A program made the position numbers and the translations under genes. From positions 6,760,001-6,824,000 of the forward strand of contig NC_087252.1 of assembly GCF_037042905.1 (NCBI RefSeq): a stretch of 64,000 bases of DNA. The letters run 5' to 3'. The stretch is from Lytechinus pictus. Taxonomy: Eukaryota. Of the stretch, positions 27,901-37,527 are shown in pieces. Each line of letters starts with the position of its first letter. The stretch's first letter is position 1. The notes beneath the pieces were generated by a model. The model worked only from the letters and a program-made list of their open reading frames with translations. It was not told the origin of the DNA and searched no databases.

Positions 27901-30900
27901 ACAAGCCAAATATCATGACTTTGATTCCATTTTATTGGAACTTATTCCACATTCTCATTATAAAAAATAGTCAGAAGGCTTGTAAAAGGTACTCTCTAAA
28001 AGACGATACAACTTTTTTGGCTAAATTTCACGGTTGAATAAACACAAGTCCAAATTTGCTTTAATTTGATTTTTTACACATTTATATCAATAAAAATGAT
28101 AGAATATGATGACAGTTAGTTTTGGAAGAGTTTCTTCAACAATATTCATCGTTTCACGGTTCAATGAACATTTATTGAAAAAAAAATACGATTTTCAAAT
28201 ATCATAGGCAAGTATTGGTTCATTTTGGGAACTGAAAATGAGATTTTTTCAACTTTTTCGTTATGTTCATGACCAATTAACTTGCTTCAATGATTCAAAG
28301 GCGTTTAATTAAATATCCACGCTTGAATGAACATGTGGAATTCGATTAGCTCTTTTTTACGTTATTGGAAAAAATGCAATTTTTTACTATGGATATCTGT
28401 CACAAACCTCCTTGCATGGTTCATTTGATTTGATTTTTATGAAAATCCCGATGTTTAATGCATCAGTGAGCACACAATATTCGAAAATTATGCAAATGAG
28501 AAGAAAGTTCAAAGCCTTGGCCCCACTCTGTGTCGTATCGAATGGTTATTTTGGTGTGCGCGCCTTTTGTGTTAGTGTTACTCTGAAGCCATGTACGAAG
28601 TTTCATGAAATAACTATTGGCAGAAGTAACAAAAACCGTCCATAAAACAAACCCTCCTTTTATATTTGTTAAAATTTTGACTTCGTCTCTCATAGACTTG
28701 TGTACATTATGGGTGCACATGTTTAAGAATAAGTAACCCCTTATTCAATATGGTGGAACTTTTTTTCACGGCTGTCTTTAGCAATGTCATTTGGCAGTAA
28801 TGTTTATCAACCTATGGGCAGAATTCTGTGCGAAAATGAAATCGATTTGTTTATTTATGGATGAGTAAGCACGCATCAAAGTGGGAAAATTTGTATCTTC
28901 AATGTCACAGACTCATTTTAAAGGGTAATAAAGTGAATATTGGGGGCAAATTCGGTTTCAAATAAGACTTTTATTGCTATTGTTTTTATCATCCATCATT
29001 TCTATCACCACACACTTTCCGAACTTTAAACATTTTCATGGTTGAGCGAGCACATTCGAAAACTTAGGAATGAATACTCTTTATACTGCATAAATGTATT
29101 ATTTTCCTAACAATTTTTCATGATCAGTTTAATTTATGGACAAATCAGTGGTGGGTCCAGAATTTTTAAATGGGGGAGGGGCCTATAATCGGGGAAGCCA
29201 CCAACATTTTCAAATTTTAACATGATCTAATAAGTTGTAGAGGATACTACCATAAACCCCTATGATGATTCGTCACAATACAGGGGCCGGGGAAGGTTTT
29301 TCGAAGTGGGGGGGGGGGGGGGGGGGGGCTGACCATGCAAAAAATCACAATCGTATGGTCATTCTTACATTTTTGTACATGCTTTTGGAAAAAAGTGGGG
29401 GGAGGGGGCTGAAGCTCCTCGCCCAGCCCCCCCCCCCCCCGCTATCAAAATTGTGTGTGGAGTGGCTAAATGATGGATAGTAAAACAGCATAACACCATA
29501 AAATTCACCTTAAGACAACATTTGCCCAACTTTGTATTTGCACAATCTGAAAAACGACTCTTGTGACTTTCAAAAATGGTCATTTTTAATTTAATCTTTA
29601 ATTACTCATGCATGACTCAACCGATCAATCTTATTTTTCCCCAGGAGTTGCTTAATGAGTGTGGAAAACCACCTACGGAATATCATATCTCAAAATAATT
29701 CCGTTCAAAAGTTACAGCAATTTGATTTAGGGGGGACTTACTTTTTTTGTTGTGTATATATCATTGCACTTCGAGTTATTATTGTTTTATCTGTTTATGT
29801 AGTGACATATGCTTCTTTTCATGACTACTTAAAGTGATAGCCCCATTTTAAGGTCTGTATATAAAAAAATCCTTGTTCGTGTTCGTGCTTACGTTCGAAT
29901 TAGTGGATTGATGAGATTTGTCTGCTCTTCATGAATTCCTGAAATCGGTCCTTAAAATGTCTCTTTTTCTGATGTAAATATCAAAAATATTTCAGCTCGC
30001 GCTTCGCGCTCGCATCATTTGTTTAGTGAAATACGTATGGTCATAGTAGATTCCTACAAACAAGCCTTAGAATGCCCCTCTTCAGATCTGAATTTCCTAT
30101 ATTTTCAGCTCGTACTTTGCGCTACTGAGATGCGTATGATAATCATGATTACTATGACTACAAAAAGCTCTTCATGTGTTTAAATGTGATTCTAACAAAA
30201 TCAGCAATCGCTTGGCACTCGCATTGGATGACTATGGTGAGATATGTATACTCTTCATGGATTCAAAAAAAGAAATAGTCCTTAAAATGTCTCTGTTTGG
30301 GGTCAATATATACAAAATTTTCAGCTCGCGCTTCGCGCTCGCATCATTTTGTACGTGAAGTACGTATGGTCTTTGTAAATTCCTACAAACAAGCCTTAGA
30401 ATGCTTCTCTTCAGGTCTGAATTTCCTAAATATTTAGCTCGCGCTTCGCGCTCGCAATATTTGATTAGTGAGATGCGTATTCTAATCATGATTACAATGA
30501 CTAAAGGTGTTTCATGTTTTCTAACAAAATCAGCAAGCGCTTGGCACTCAAATTAGATGAGTATGGTGAGATATGTATTCTCTTATTTGATTTCTAAAAA
30601 ATAATCCTTAAACTGTCTCTGTTTGGGGTCAATAAATACAAAAATTTCAGCTCGCGCTTCGCGCTCGCATTGTTTGTTTAGCGAGATAGATACGTATTTT
30701 TTTTTATTTAATAGCTTATTTTGACCCTTTTTAGGTATGAATTTCAAAAATTTTCAGCTCGCGCTTCGCGCTCGAATCATTTGATCAGTGAGAGACACAT
30801 TACATATCCGTTTAATGGCACAGTCCTTAAAATGTCTCTATATAAGGTCAATAGGCCTATACCTGGTAATTGAGCGTGCTTTGCGCGCTCACTGAGCGAC

Positions 30901-33900
30901 TCAAAATTTTTGCTGGTGCCCCCCCCCCCCAATGCCGTGACCCACGGTACGCCACTGACTTCAATAGTGCTGTTTATTCCATTATGACTCGTTTTGCCAC
31001 GGACACAGTCCCGAACGAAAACAAGGCATTAAAATCGTCTAAAATCGCTGCAAAGAAGAACAGTTTTAACAATGTAGGGACATATTATTGACTATATGAC
31101 TTTGAATAATTATTACTTCCTTTCAATATCGTTCACATAAAATCAATAGCGATAAAATGAAGTTTTGACACAAAAGTAAATATGAAGGCGTACGTGCATA
31201 GTACACAAAACGGCACTGCCTTGTTTACTACACCGGGACCGAATACCCCCGGTGATGTGGGTTGTAACGTTGATATTAATGTAAATATCTCAATATTTGG
31301 AATCGTCTTCTTAATTCATCTATAACAAACCCTCACTGTAATAACTGGCTACCAATAAAGAAAAAAGTCTCAATCTCATTAAGAAGTGCTCCAAACTTTG
31401 CTCAGATAAAATGCAAAACAGATCGTTTTAGAAAAAGTGCAATACCATATTTCATTGATTTACTAGATGATTCATTGATTTAATTATCATCTCAGCAACT
31501 TGTGGAGGATTCGTAGATTTATTGATCTTAAGACATGTCACCATGCTGTGCGAGCACTTATTCTTTCTCGGTTAGATTACTGTAATAGTTTATATACTGT
31601 TTTGTCAGCTAGAGATAGAAGAAAACTTGAGGTTATTCAGAATCGTGCCGCTCGATTAATTTTTGGCTTTCGATCCCGAACTCATACTACACCCCTACTT
31701 AACGAACTCCACTGGCTACCTCTATTCCAACGTATTCAGTTTAAAGTCTGTTTATATGTATACAAAACTCTAAATCATCTAGCACCTGAATATCTTAATA
31801 ATACCATCAAAGTATACATACCCTCTCGTAATCTTCGTTCAATCACTGACACATGCAGACTTTGCATTCCCGTGTCAAAACTCTCCTCTGCCGAAAAACG
31901 GTTTGCTGTAGCAGCTGCCAAGACTTGGAATACTATCCCTCTTTCAATAAGAAATGCTTCCAGTGTTCTTGGCTTCAAATCTTCCCTTAAGACATACCTT
32001 TTTCCTCAATAATTAATTTCCCTTTTGATCTTGAATATTGTAGTAATTATTGCAAATGTTAAATTGTTATTCGTACATTGTACGTGGTATGGTTTTTAGC
32101 GCCTCTAAATACCCATTATTATTATTATTATTATTAATACTAAATTCTGAAAAAAATTACTTTCATAGCCTTGAAATCAACTCAAAATTTTGCCATTGTT
32201 TTAGTCTCCATTTCAATCCAATTTGTATTTGAATTTTTAATTGTCTAATATTCATCACTTTTAATAGTGGATTTTACATAGTTTTTTTCAATTCTATTTT
32301 ATCATATTTAATGAATTTTTATGTACACTTGCTCTTTAAAAATTATTTATTATCTATGTACATCACAAATACTTACATGTTCCTGTTTAAATTGTAATTG
32401 TTGCTTTCACCCATGTATGACTTGTGAACATTTCATTGTAAACATGCTAATTTCAGCCTTCTGGCTGTGCAACATGTATTGTTTTTATACTAAATAAACC
32501 ATGATTGAATTGAATATAAGCCACATATTTGTACGTGTAAATCATAGAGATTGGTTGTTTGTCATGTCTGTTGTGTTTTTTCATGTATGCTTAGGCAATG
32601 AACCAGAAATGGCTAAACCATCTTCAAGATATAAAATAAACGGTGAACATTTTCTAATGTAGTACTTATACAAGAGATCCAGATCATGGCTTAGACTCAG
32701 TTTCATTCCAGGGGACAAAGCAATTAAATGAAAAAGCCCCCCCCCCCCCCACCCTCTCTAGTAAACCTCTTCTTTAATTAGTAAACCATCCATTGATGGT
32801 ATGATATCATGTTTTGTATGTATTTTTAAAGTCATTTGGAATTATGTTCTTCTTGGAACACCAGCTGGTACTGGTCCTAACACTGTGGATATTTAGGCTT
32901 ATAGTGCATTGTGGGTAACAATGTTATCTGTTTAACCGCAATAGTTCTGGCTACTGACCCATCCTTATAAACAGTACGGATGTCAATTAACCGGCAGGTA
33001 AAACATGCATAATGCAGATCGCTCCAGATGCGGTCCCTTTCAAAGTAAAAATTCGTTTCATCTATACATTAAAGTTTCCTTTTTAGCGTTTTTCTCCATG
33101 CATAATGCGTACGATAACTTCTTATTAGCTGTATCAACCTTGATTAAAGTGCTTACACGTGTTTTTGGATGTTCATGACGAGTGGATAATGATTCCCTCA
33201 CCCCATGGTCACAACACCGAAACCGACTCAAGACAGATAGATTTTTTGTTTGTTTTTGTTTAACAAATGTACACATAGTTACCAATAATGCGTGTAGCAT
33301 TTGCATTTATTTGAATTTAGGATAAAAAGCAGGATCTATGAAATTCCTTCACGGGGATCGAACCCCGTCAGGCGCATAGACCACTCGGGCACGACACCTC
33401 AATTAACGTAACGGGAGTGTCGTGGCCGAGTGGTATATCATAGTGAAATAAATGAATAAATAAATATAATTTATTCATTTATTTCACATCTTTATACAGG
33501 GTAACCAATTCAGCTACACACGATAAAATCATTATAAACAAATACAAAAAGCTGCTTTGCAATTTGGCCCTGATAATTAAAATACATACAAATTATAATG
33601 GTAAATATTCTGTACTTATTATGCAAAATAGACAAGAAATGACACGATCGACTTGAAGTCGTTTTCGTTGGTAGGACTCTACATTCTAGATATTCAAATC
33701 TAAGTTCATTCGAGTCATTCCAATCAATACCATGACATTTAAAAACAAATAGGATATTCAGTAGTTTTTTGGCATACATATAGTAATGATCACGCTTTTT
33801 TTTCTTTTACTTTGGTAAAAATTACACAGAACCTTTTTTCAGTTTATACTTTCTTAGGTAACTTATAAGGTAGGCAGTGCATAAATAGTAGCCTACTCGA

Positions 33901-34032
33901 TCAATTAAACAACAGATGTAAAACGATATCGTTATACTTACATTCCGAGTTAGCAACCCAAGCTAAGCATGATATTAAAAGAAGGCGGGTACAAAATGAG
34001 TTCTTTCTCCTTACAACAATCATGATGGTCAT
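3781..34032 (-). CDS. Gene 1 (spliced, 18 exons in window, 3' end off-window): Mesh/SUSD2/MUC4-like protein, signal peptide-NIDO-IPT/TIG-AMOP-VWD-Sushi-Sushi
   Basis: Exons 33942-34032, 23375-23493, 22521-22613, 21422-21661, 20803-20952, 14430-14598, 13568-13831, 13100-13409, 12457-12598, 11486-11634, 10184-10458, 9413-9577, 8543-8719, 7454-7599, 6885-7011, 5753-5992, 4377-4583, 3781-3945. All introns are GT-AG with matching phases, giving 3229 nt of open frame. Motifs: LYPFG..GD, NGVISF, PFWADVD, NTFQ (NIDO); LPACPCT, CCYD (AMOP); [24 protein letters not shown] (VWD); two four-Cys CCP modules. Confidence 0.92.
4377..4583 (-). CDS. Gene 1 exon 17: Sushi/CCP 1 (CPYLITPYNGTK…VTFTCDEGLLMVGSSFKRC…WTG…C)
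   Basis: Four-Cys CCP pattern with Trp; phase 1-1. Not in the ORF track. Confidence 0.92.
4649..5244. mobile_element. Non-autonomous TIR transposon, TTAA-flanked (Kolobok-like), copy 1
   Basis: Long imperfect TIRs, ends ggggtggacttgacctttaa; clearly homologous to 14748-15342. Confidence 0.7.
5753..5992 (-). CDS. Gene 1 exon 16 (WEIEADYNLFRY…C…QCLFDYEVS…LALAT…)
   Basis: Post-VWD C.....C.FD motif as in SUSD2/Mesh; A|gtaagc donor. Confidence 0.9.
6044..6241. mobile_element. MITE with TIR catgggcggaaatc (hAT-like termini)
   Basis: catgggcggaaatc … gatttccgcccatg; a related partial copy lies at ~25578-25832. Confidence 0.6.
6885..7011 (-). CDS. Gene 1 exon 15: VWD end ([19 protein letters not shown]…EEIFQFGQS-W)
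   Basis: GLLG..DGD..ND motif; T|gtaaga joins the next exon's GG to give the conserved FG.SW. Confidence 0.93.
7454..7599 (-). CDS. Gene 1 exon 14: VWD (GCAVGV…VVVMFKETGIGVAVNYHDGMLAVQPILP)
   Basis: ttcag| acceptor, |gtaaga donor; V.F..G..V.V....L...LP pattern. Confidence 0.9.
8230..8503. mobile_element. Fragment of a TTAA-flanked (Kolobok-like) non-autonomous element
   Basis: Ends gcctggagtatccctttaa; similar termini at ~43963 and ~52230. Confidence 0.45.
8543..8719 (-). CDS. Gene 1 exon 13: VWD (RKVDATQLSSVAMQDSGSDTIFVEA…)
   Basis: AT....A......V.V pattern; phase 1-1. Confidence 0.88.
9413..9577 (-). CDS. Gene 1 exon 12: VWD start ([28 protein letters not shown]…LQGR)
   Basis: GDPH and FTFNGLGEY motifs. 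Confidence 0.95.
10184..10458 (-). CDS. Gene 1 exon 11: AMOP C-part (GTKCCYDENNLL…SHWSNDV…FCCGW…RPTIDCVAYKPP)
   Basis: CCYD, CC.W and RP..C..Y.PP AMOP motifs. Confidence 0.93.
11486..11634 (-). CDS. Gene 1 exon 10: AMOP N-part (NLPACPCTLEQATQDVGTFVTDPAC…GAIYCVLS)
   Basis: LP.CPCT..QA..D.G.F..D..C AMOP signature. Read from the sequence; not in the ORF track in this frame. Confidence 0.93.
12457..12598 (-). CDS. Gene 1 exon 9 (SERVLWSDIHPLGYVL…WATDKCNELL…)
   Basis: LWS..H.L motif preceding AMOP; GAG|gtacga donor; TAGTAG acceptor. Confidence 0.9.
13100..13409 (-). CDS. Gene 1 exon 8 (LESRKVTP…LTISWEP…LSIYVLAYRED…FGVIRITGNAN)
   Basis: cctag| acceptor, GG|gtaagt donor; open in the frame predicted by the flanking exons. 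Confidence 0.88.
13568..13831 (-). CDS. Gene 1 exon 7: IPT/TIG domain (LSITPARCGMMGGERIYLYGPC…AYCVPDPFFLVGEV…)
   Basis: P..G.M.GG....GPC motif as in SUSD2/Mesh; phase 1-1. Confidence 0.92.
14430..14598 (-). CDS. Gene 1 exon 6: NIDO C-terminus (VGFLMSDG…LPTDSNVDVDGVYAYKVD…C)
   Basis: catcag| acceptor, G|gtaata donor; SNV..G.Y..VD motif. Confidence 0.9.
14748..15342. mobile_element. Non-autonomous TIR transposon, TTAA-flanked (Kolobok-like), copy 2
   Basis: ttaaaggacatgcccacc … ggggtggacttgacctttga; same body as 4649-5244. Confidence 0.7.
17516..17806 (-). mobile_element. tRNA-derived SINE
   Basis: On the minus strand: A box TGGCCCAGTGG, B box GGTTCGAATCC, body …cactcaacccaggtgaggtgaatgggtacc…, (ATTATC)-type tail. 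Confidence 0.8.
19082..19150 (-). pseudogene. Degenerate tRNA-like fragment (CAT at the anticodon position), probably a SINE head
   Basis: GGTGGTCCAGTGGCTAGAGAATTGGACTCATAATCGCAAGGTTGTCAGTTAGAATCCACACTCTGCCA; the T-loop is mutated and the 5' acceptor strand is missing. Confidence 0.5.
19169..19324. mobile_element. Short MITE with TIR (gggcc)cgttgcataaaacttttacc
   Basis: gcctgttgcataaaactttttacctga … tcaggtaaaaagttttatgcaacgggcccc; a solo end lies at ~25263. Confidence 0.65.
20803..20952 (-). CDS. Gene 1 exon 5: NIDO (MNTFQAALIHDGQESFVFLNYETINW…)
   Basis: NTFQxxLxxDG.SF..FNY..I.W NIDO signature; |gtaagt donor. Confidence 0.92.
21422..21661 (-). CDS. Gene 1 exon 4: NIDO (…IFPFWADVDISSDGGNIYYR…VIVVTWDQV…)
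   Basis: Lies inside ORF 21266-21697; PFWADVD and VTW motifs; |gtaagt donor. Confidence 0.9.
22521..22613 (-). CDS. Gene 1 exon 3 (IGDNGVISFEDAIYVESTISKNRNLPIYYDA)
   Basis: atag| acceptor, |gtaagt donor, phase 0-0; NGxISF motif. Confidence 0.88.
23375..23493 (-). CDS. Gene 1 exon 2: pre-NIDO region (YPFGTGNGDTALRKENDFAERVTLDRAFPFGGKYHNVVY)
   Basis: ttag| acceptor, |gtaagt donor; YPFG..GD and FPF.G motifs typical of NIDO proteins. Confidence 0.9.
27360..30957. mobile_element. Non-autonomous hAT element (TIR CAGTGGCGTA, 8-bp TSD acttcaat) carrying a nested element
   Basis: cagtggcgta … tacgccactg; perfect TSD at 27352-27359 and 30958-30965; subterminal ctcgcgcttcgcgctcgc repeats. Confidence 0.9.
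27709..29754. mobile_element. Non-autonomous Tc1/mariner-like element (TA TSD) nested in the hAT element
   Basis: TA|cacaacaaaaaaagtaagtcccccct … aggggggacttactttttttgttgtg|TA. Confidence 0.85.
31480..32135 (+). mobile_element. 5'-truncated L2/CR1-group LINE (ORF2 C-terminus and 3' tail)
   Basis: ORF 31500-32012: SRLDYCNSL, LHWLP…RIQFK…LAPEYL, WN.IP..IR…FKSSLKTYLF; (ATT)n tail at ~32116-32135. Confidence 0.9.
33942..34032 (-). CDS. Gene 1 exon 1: start and signal peptide (MTIMIVVRRKNSFCTRLLLISCLAWVANSE)
   Basis: ATG, basic then hydrophobic stretch, strong donor T|GTAAGT. Phase 1 joins the next exon as T+TA=Leu, giving ANSE-LYPFG. Confidence 0.75.
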
Positions 34033-34249
34033 TTAAGATTTCAGAACAGATCCTCAAAAGAGTGAGGCATGGGTTTTAGGTTTCAGGCTAAAATCATCAA
34101 AATATTCCTATACGTTGTATCAATTCATTGTGATAACGGTTTCCTGTGTAATGAAAGACCAGATTCCTAAATCGATGGCGCCTTCCAAAAGTAGGCCTAT
34201 ATGTTTCCCCGTAACATGCAGACGATGGGAGATGATTGAAGCATAACCG

Positions 34250-34560
34250 ATCATAACGAATGTGTTTAGAGGGTTAGGCGAAAATGGCGGCAAACATACG
34301 CGGAGGTTAGAGGGCAAATAAGCTAGGCACGGCCGTAGTAACTAGATGGCGCTGTCGCGGAAGTGCTCAAAATTTGTACGCAAGCTTCGTTCGCATGTCA
34401 ATCATTGCAATCGCATGGCGATGCGATATCGTCAAAATTAAGCCCCTGTTAGTGCGGATGAATATGATCTTTTCTCTTTGTGATTGTCCGCCCGTGCGAT
34501 GAAAAATATTTCATCGTATTGAACAGGACTTTCGCGAGCTACCGATGCCATTTTCGTGCT
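34250..34560. promoter_or_regulatory. CpG-rich segment just upstream of the gene 1 start (candidate promoter region)
   Basis: Local CpG enrichment 220-530 bp upstream of the ATG at 34032; contains actagatggcgct. Confidence 0.35.
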
Positions 34561-36199
34561 CCAAATGAAATCTTCCGAAAATAACCATGAAAGTGTCGGT
34601 AAGTCAAAAATGTCTTGTGTTGCTCTCAATTCTTACCTTATTTAGTTGTATTTCTTGTAAATTGGGTCTCGAAGGGTTCTTGATTTTCCGTTGATCGTGA
34701 AACTTGAATTGATTTCCTTTCTGTGTATTGCAGTGAAATTGCAGCGCGGGGAATCGCAAGGGGCTATAGAGTATTCAGCTCTTACAGGTTCTTTTGTTGT
34801 AGGTTCCAGGTTCTAGTAACAGGTGGAATAAACACTTAGCATTCCAAGACCCGCCCGAGGTATATTGATTTTATAGTGCACCTAATTGCTGTGCACAGAG
34901 AGAATGATCACTTTCATTTTGTTACTCTTTGAGAGAGGTTGTGTTCTGAGGAGCAAGGAAGAAATGACCCTCAGTTTTTAATTAATTTTTGGAGTTTCCT
35001 ACCCACAATGGTGGTGAGTCTATTTTATATTTTTATCAGTATATTTCAGCTTAAAAAAGAGAAATTAGAGAAAATAAGAGGTAATTTTGGTCTGAATTTC
35101 TAATTCAGATTTTGTTATAATAATTATACCAATCAGTAGCCTGTTTCGGTAACTTTAATATGCATAATTTTACACTGTGAGTTTTAACAATTTCCGACTT
35201 CAAATAATTATCACAATTATATTGCAGTGATGGAACGGTTGTATTTTAGTAATTTTCAGAAGTGAATTTATGTCAATTTTCCTAGGATCTATATATTCAT
35301 GTTGATAAATTAATACTATTCAGATACTCTGTCATTGCTTATTAAATAATAAGAAAGAAATGTATTTATGAAATGATTTATAAAAGTAATTATTGAGATG
35401 TTAAGAATTAGGATTTGCCATTTTAGATAATGGGAATTTATTCAATTTTCAGGGTCCTTTGGTCAGGGAGCTGTTACCCATGGACAGCCATTTTAGTCTA
35501 AGGCTACATCCATAGAAGCCTTCAGTTTTCGTCAGCCCTAAACCAAGATGACATTTCCTGAATATTCAACCCCGAGTTCAGCTTAGTTTCTTCTCGACGT
35601 CATGCGATAGGTCGAAAGCGCCTAGACTTCGGTGACGCCATTCGTCGACAGACTTCGTGGATCTCCGGTAACCTTTGACATTCGTCATTCTACGTCATCG
35701 GTTTTCAAGGTCATCGGATAACCGCTACTTCGGTCAACGTGTCATTTTGTTCATCGACATCTTACGGACTGCATCCATGATTAATCAGGGAAGTCATTTA
35801 GTTTAATAAACCCGTAATATTGTCCGGACAAATTATTATTTTCCCAATCCAATACTGATATTTTATTTTATTCCAAATCTGAAATTCTATATTGATAAAA
35901 TCAAACTTTTTTGTTATCTTATGAAAGTCAATATCATTTATACGTGAACTTATGCTATATTTATTGTTGAAATTTCCATGGAAATGAATCGCATTTGGAG
36001 CGAAATGATATAGTTGTAATAAACAACTTTAAACCTGAATGATTATTGTGCAGTGCAATTACTTATGTGTACTTTGACTACATCATAGCTCTCTTCAATT
36101 TAAAAAAGGATGCTTGGGGTATGTGAGGTTGTTTATGTGATTTGGGGTGATTGGTGATCAAATCTTTAGGTAAACAAAAACCCAGGTTTGATCCTGACA

Positions 36200-36810
36200 G
36201 TCATGTTGAAATTAGACCCTGGACTGGACTCAAAATTAGACCAAGTGTAGTGTAGACAAAATGTAAATTAGACAAAGTGTAGACCAAATGGCAATTTAAA
36301 AAAATATAGACAAAATGGTCAAGCCCATTTGGTATAAAGACAAAAATATATATATATAAGTAAAAAAAAATATATAATTAAGTAGGTCATGCTGAAATTA
36401 GACCAACTGGACATTTCGCAAAATGAGAATTAGACCAAGTGTAGACCAAATTGCAATTCAGTAGACGCAATGGGTTTAGCCCATTTGCCATTAGACTAAA
36501 TGAGAAGTGGGCAAACTGCATGTAGACCAAATGAATATATACATATTTCACATTGTGGAACTGCATGATTTAAAGCCAATTTTATATACCAGTATTTGAC
36601 AAAGTAAAAACATGTAATTATGTAGGTTATGCTGAAATTAGACCAACTGGACATTTCGCTAAATGAGAATTAGACAAATTGTAGTGTAGACAAAATGGCA
36701 ATTCAGTAGACTAAATGGGTTTAGCTCATTTGGCATTAGACTGAATGACAAGTGGGCAAACTGCATGTAGACCAAATTAACATACACCATGTACATACAT
36801 TTCACACTTG
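36200..36810. repeat. Degenerate short tandem array (tagaccaaatgg/attagaccaagtg) with a ~170-bp block duplication
   Basis: Repeated tagac(c/a)aa cores; 36385-36555 resembles 36625-36810. Confidence 0.65.
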
Positions 36811-37266
36811 GGGCTGATATAGAGAGCCGTAGCAGACGACGGAGATGCGTACATGATCTGCGTCCGCAAATAACGTGCACGCATGTATGTACTAACATGA
36901 AAAACAGCATATGGGACGATCTTACAAAAAATTGCACATGCGGGGCTATTGGAGAGTCACAGCAGATAACGGCTAGCAGACGCCGATGGGCGCGTGCATT
37001 TAGCGAGCACATCGCGATCGTTTTAACTATCGATAGGACGTACAGTGTATAACACCGGTACCGCGATGTCTATGACCATTTCCGGCCCACGTTGGTGCTA
37101 TGAACTTGCTTTTTTTACAGTTTAAATGAATTTTACGTACGTTTTAAGTGGTTTCACATACTAAATTAGATATTAAGGAATGGTAAATGGGCGAACAATT
37201 TTCAATTTTTATGATGATAAGTGTGGGTTGGAGTTGGTTGCTATTTCGGAATGATTTGTTCTTTCT

Positions 37267-37390
37267 CAAATGTTCTTTCGTCCCTGAACCCAATTTCCTT
37301 CCTTTTCCGTTAAAAAAATAAATGTTTTCTTCGTTTTCTTTTCATTTTTCCCTTCCATTTTCCTCCTTTCCTTTTCCCCTTTCTCTTTCC

Positions 37391-37428
<38 letters not shown>

Positions 37429-37527
37429 CCCCCCCTCCCCCCTTTTCCCGTTTTTTTTCCTGGTGAAATCCGCCAAAAGGGGGGGGGGGGGGCAGCTTGC
37501 CCCCCCCCCCCGCCTGTTACGCCACTG
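37267..37527 (-). mobile_element. Truncated end of the CAGTGGCGTA hAT family
   Basis: gttacgccactg terminus plus G/C runs and purine tract as in the 27360 and 40401 elements. Confidence 0.6.

Noticed and set aside
25900..31270. Outer transposon enclosing the 27360-30957 hAT element
   Set aside because: Only weak terminal similarity (tcagagtcacaacc vs ggttgtaacgttga) and no TSD was found, so the boundaries cannot be supported.
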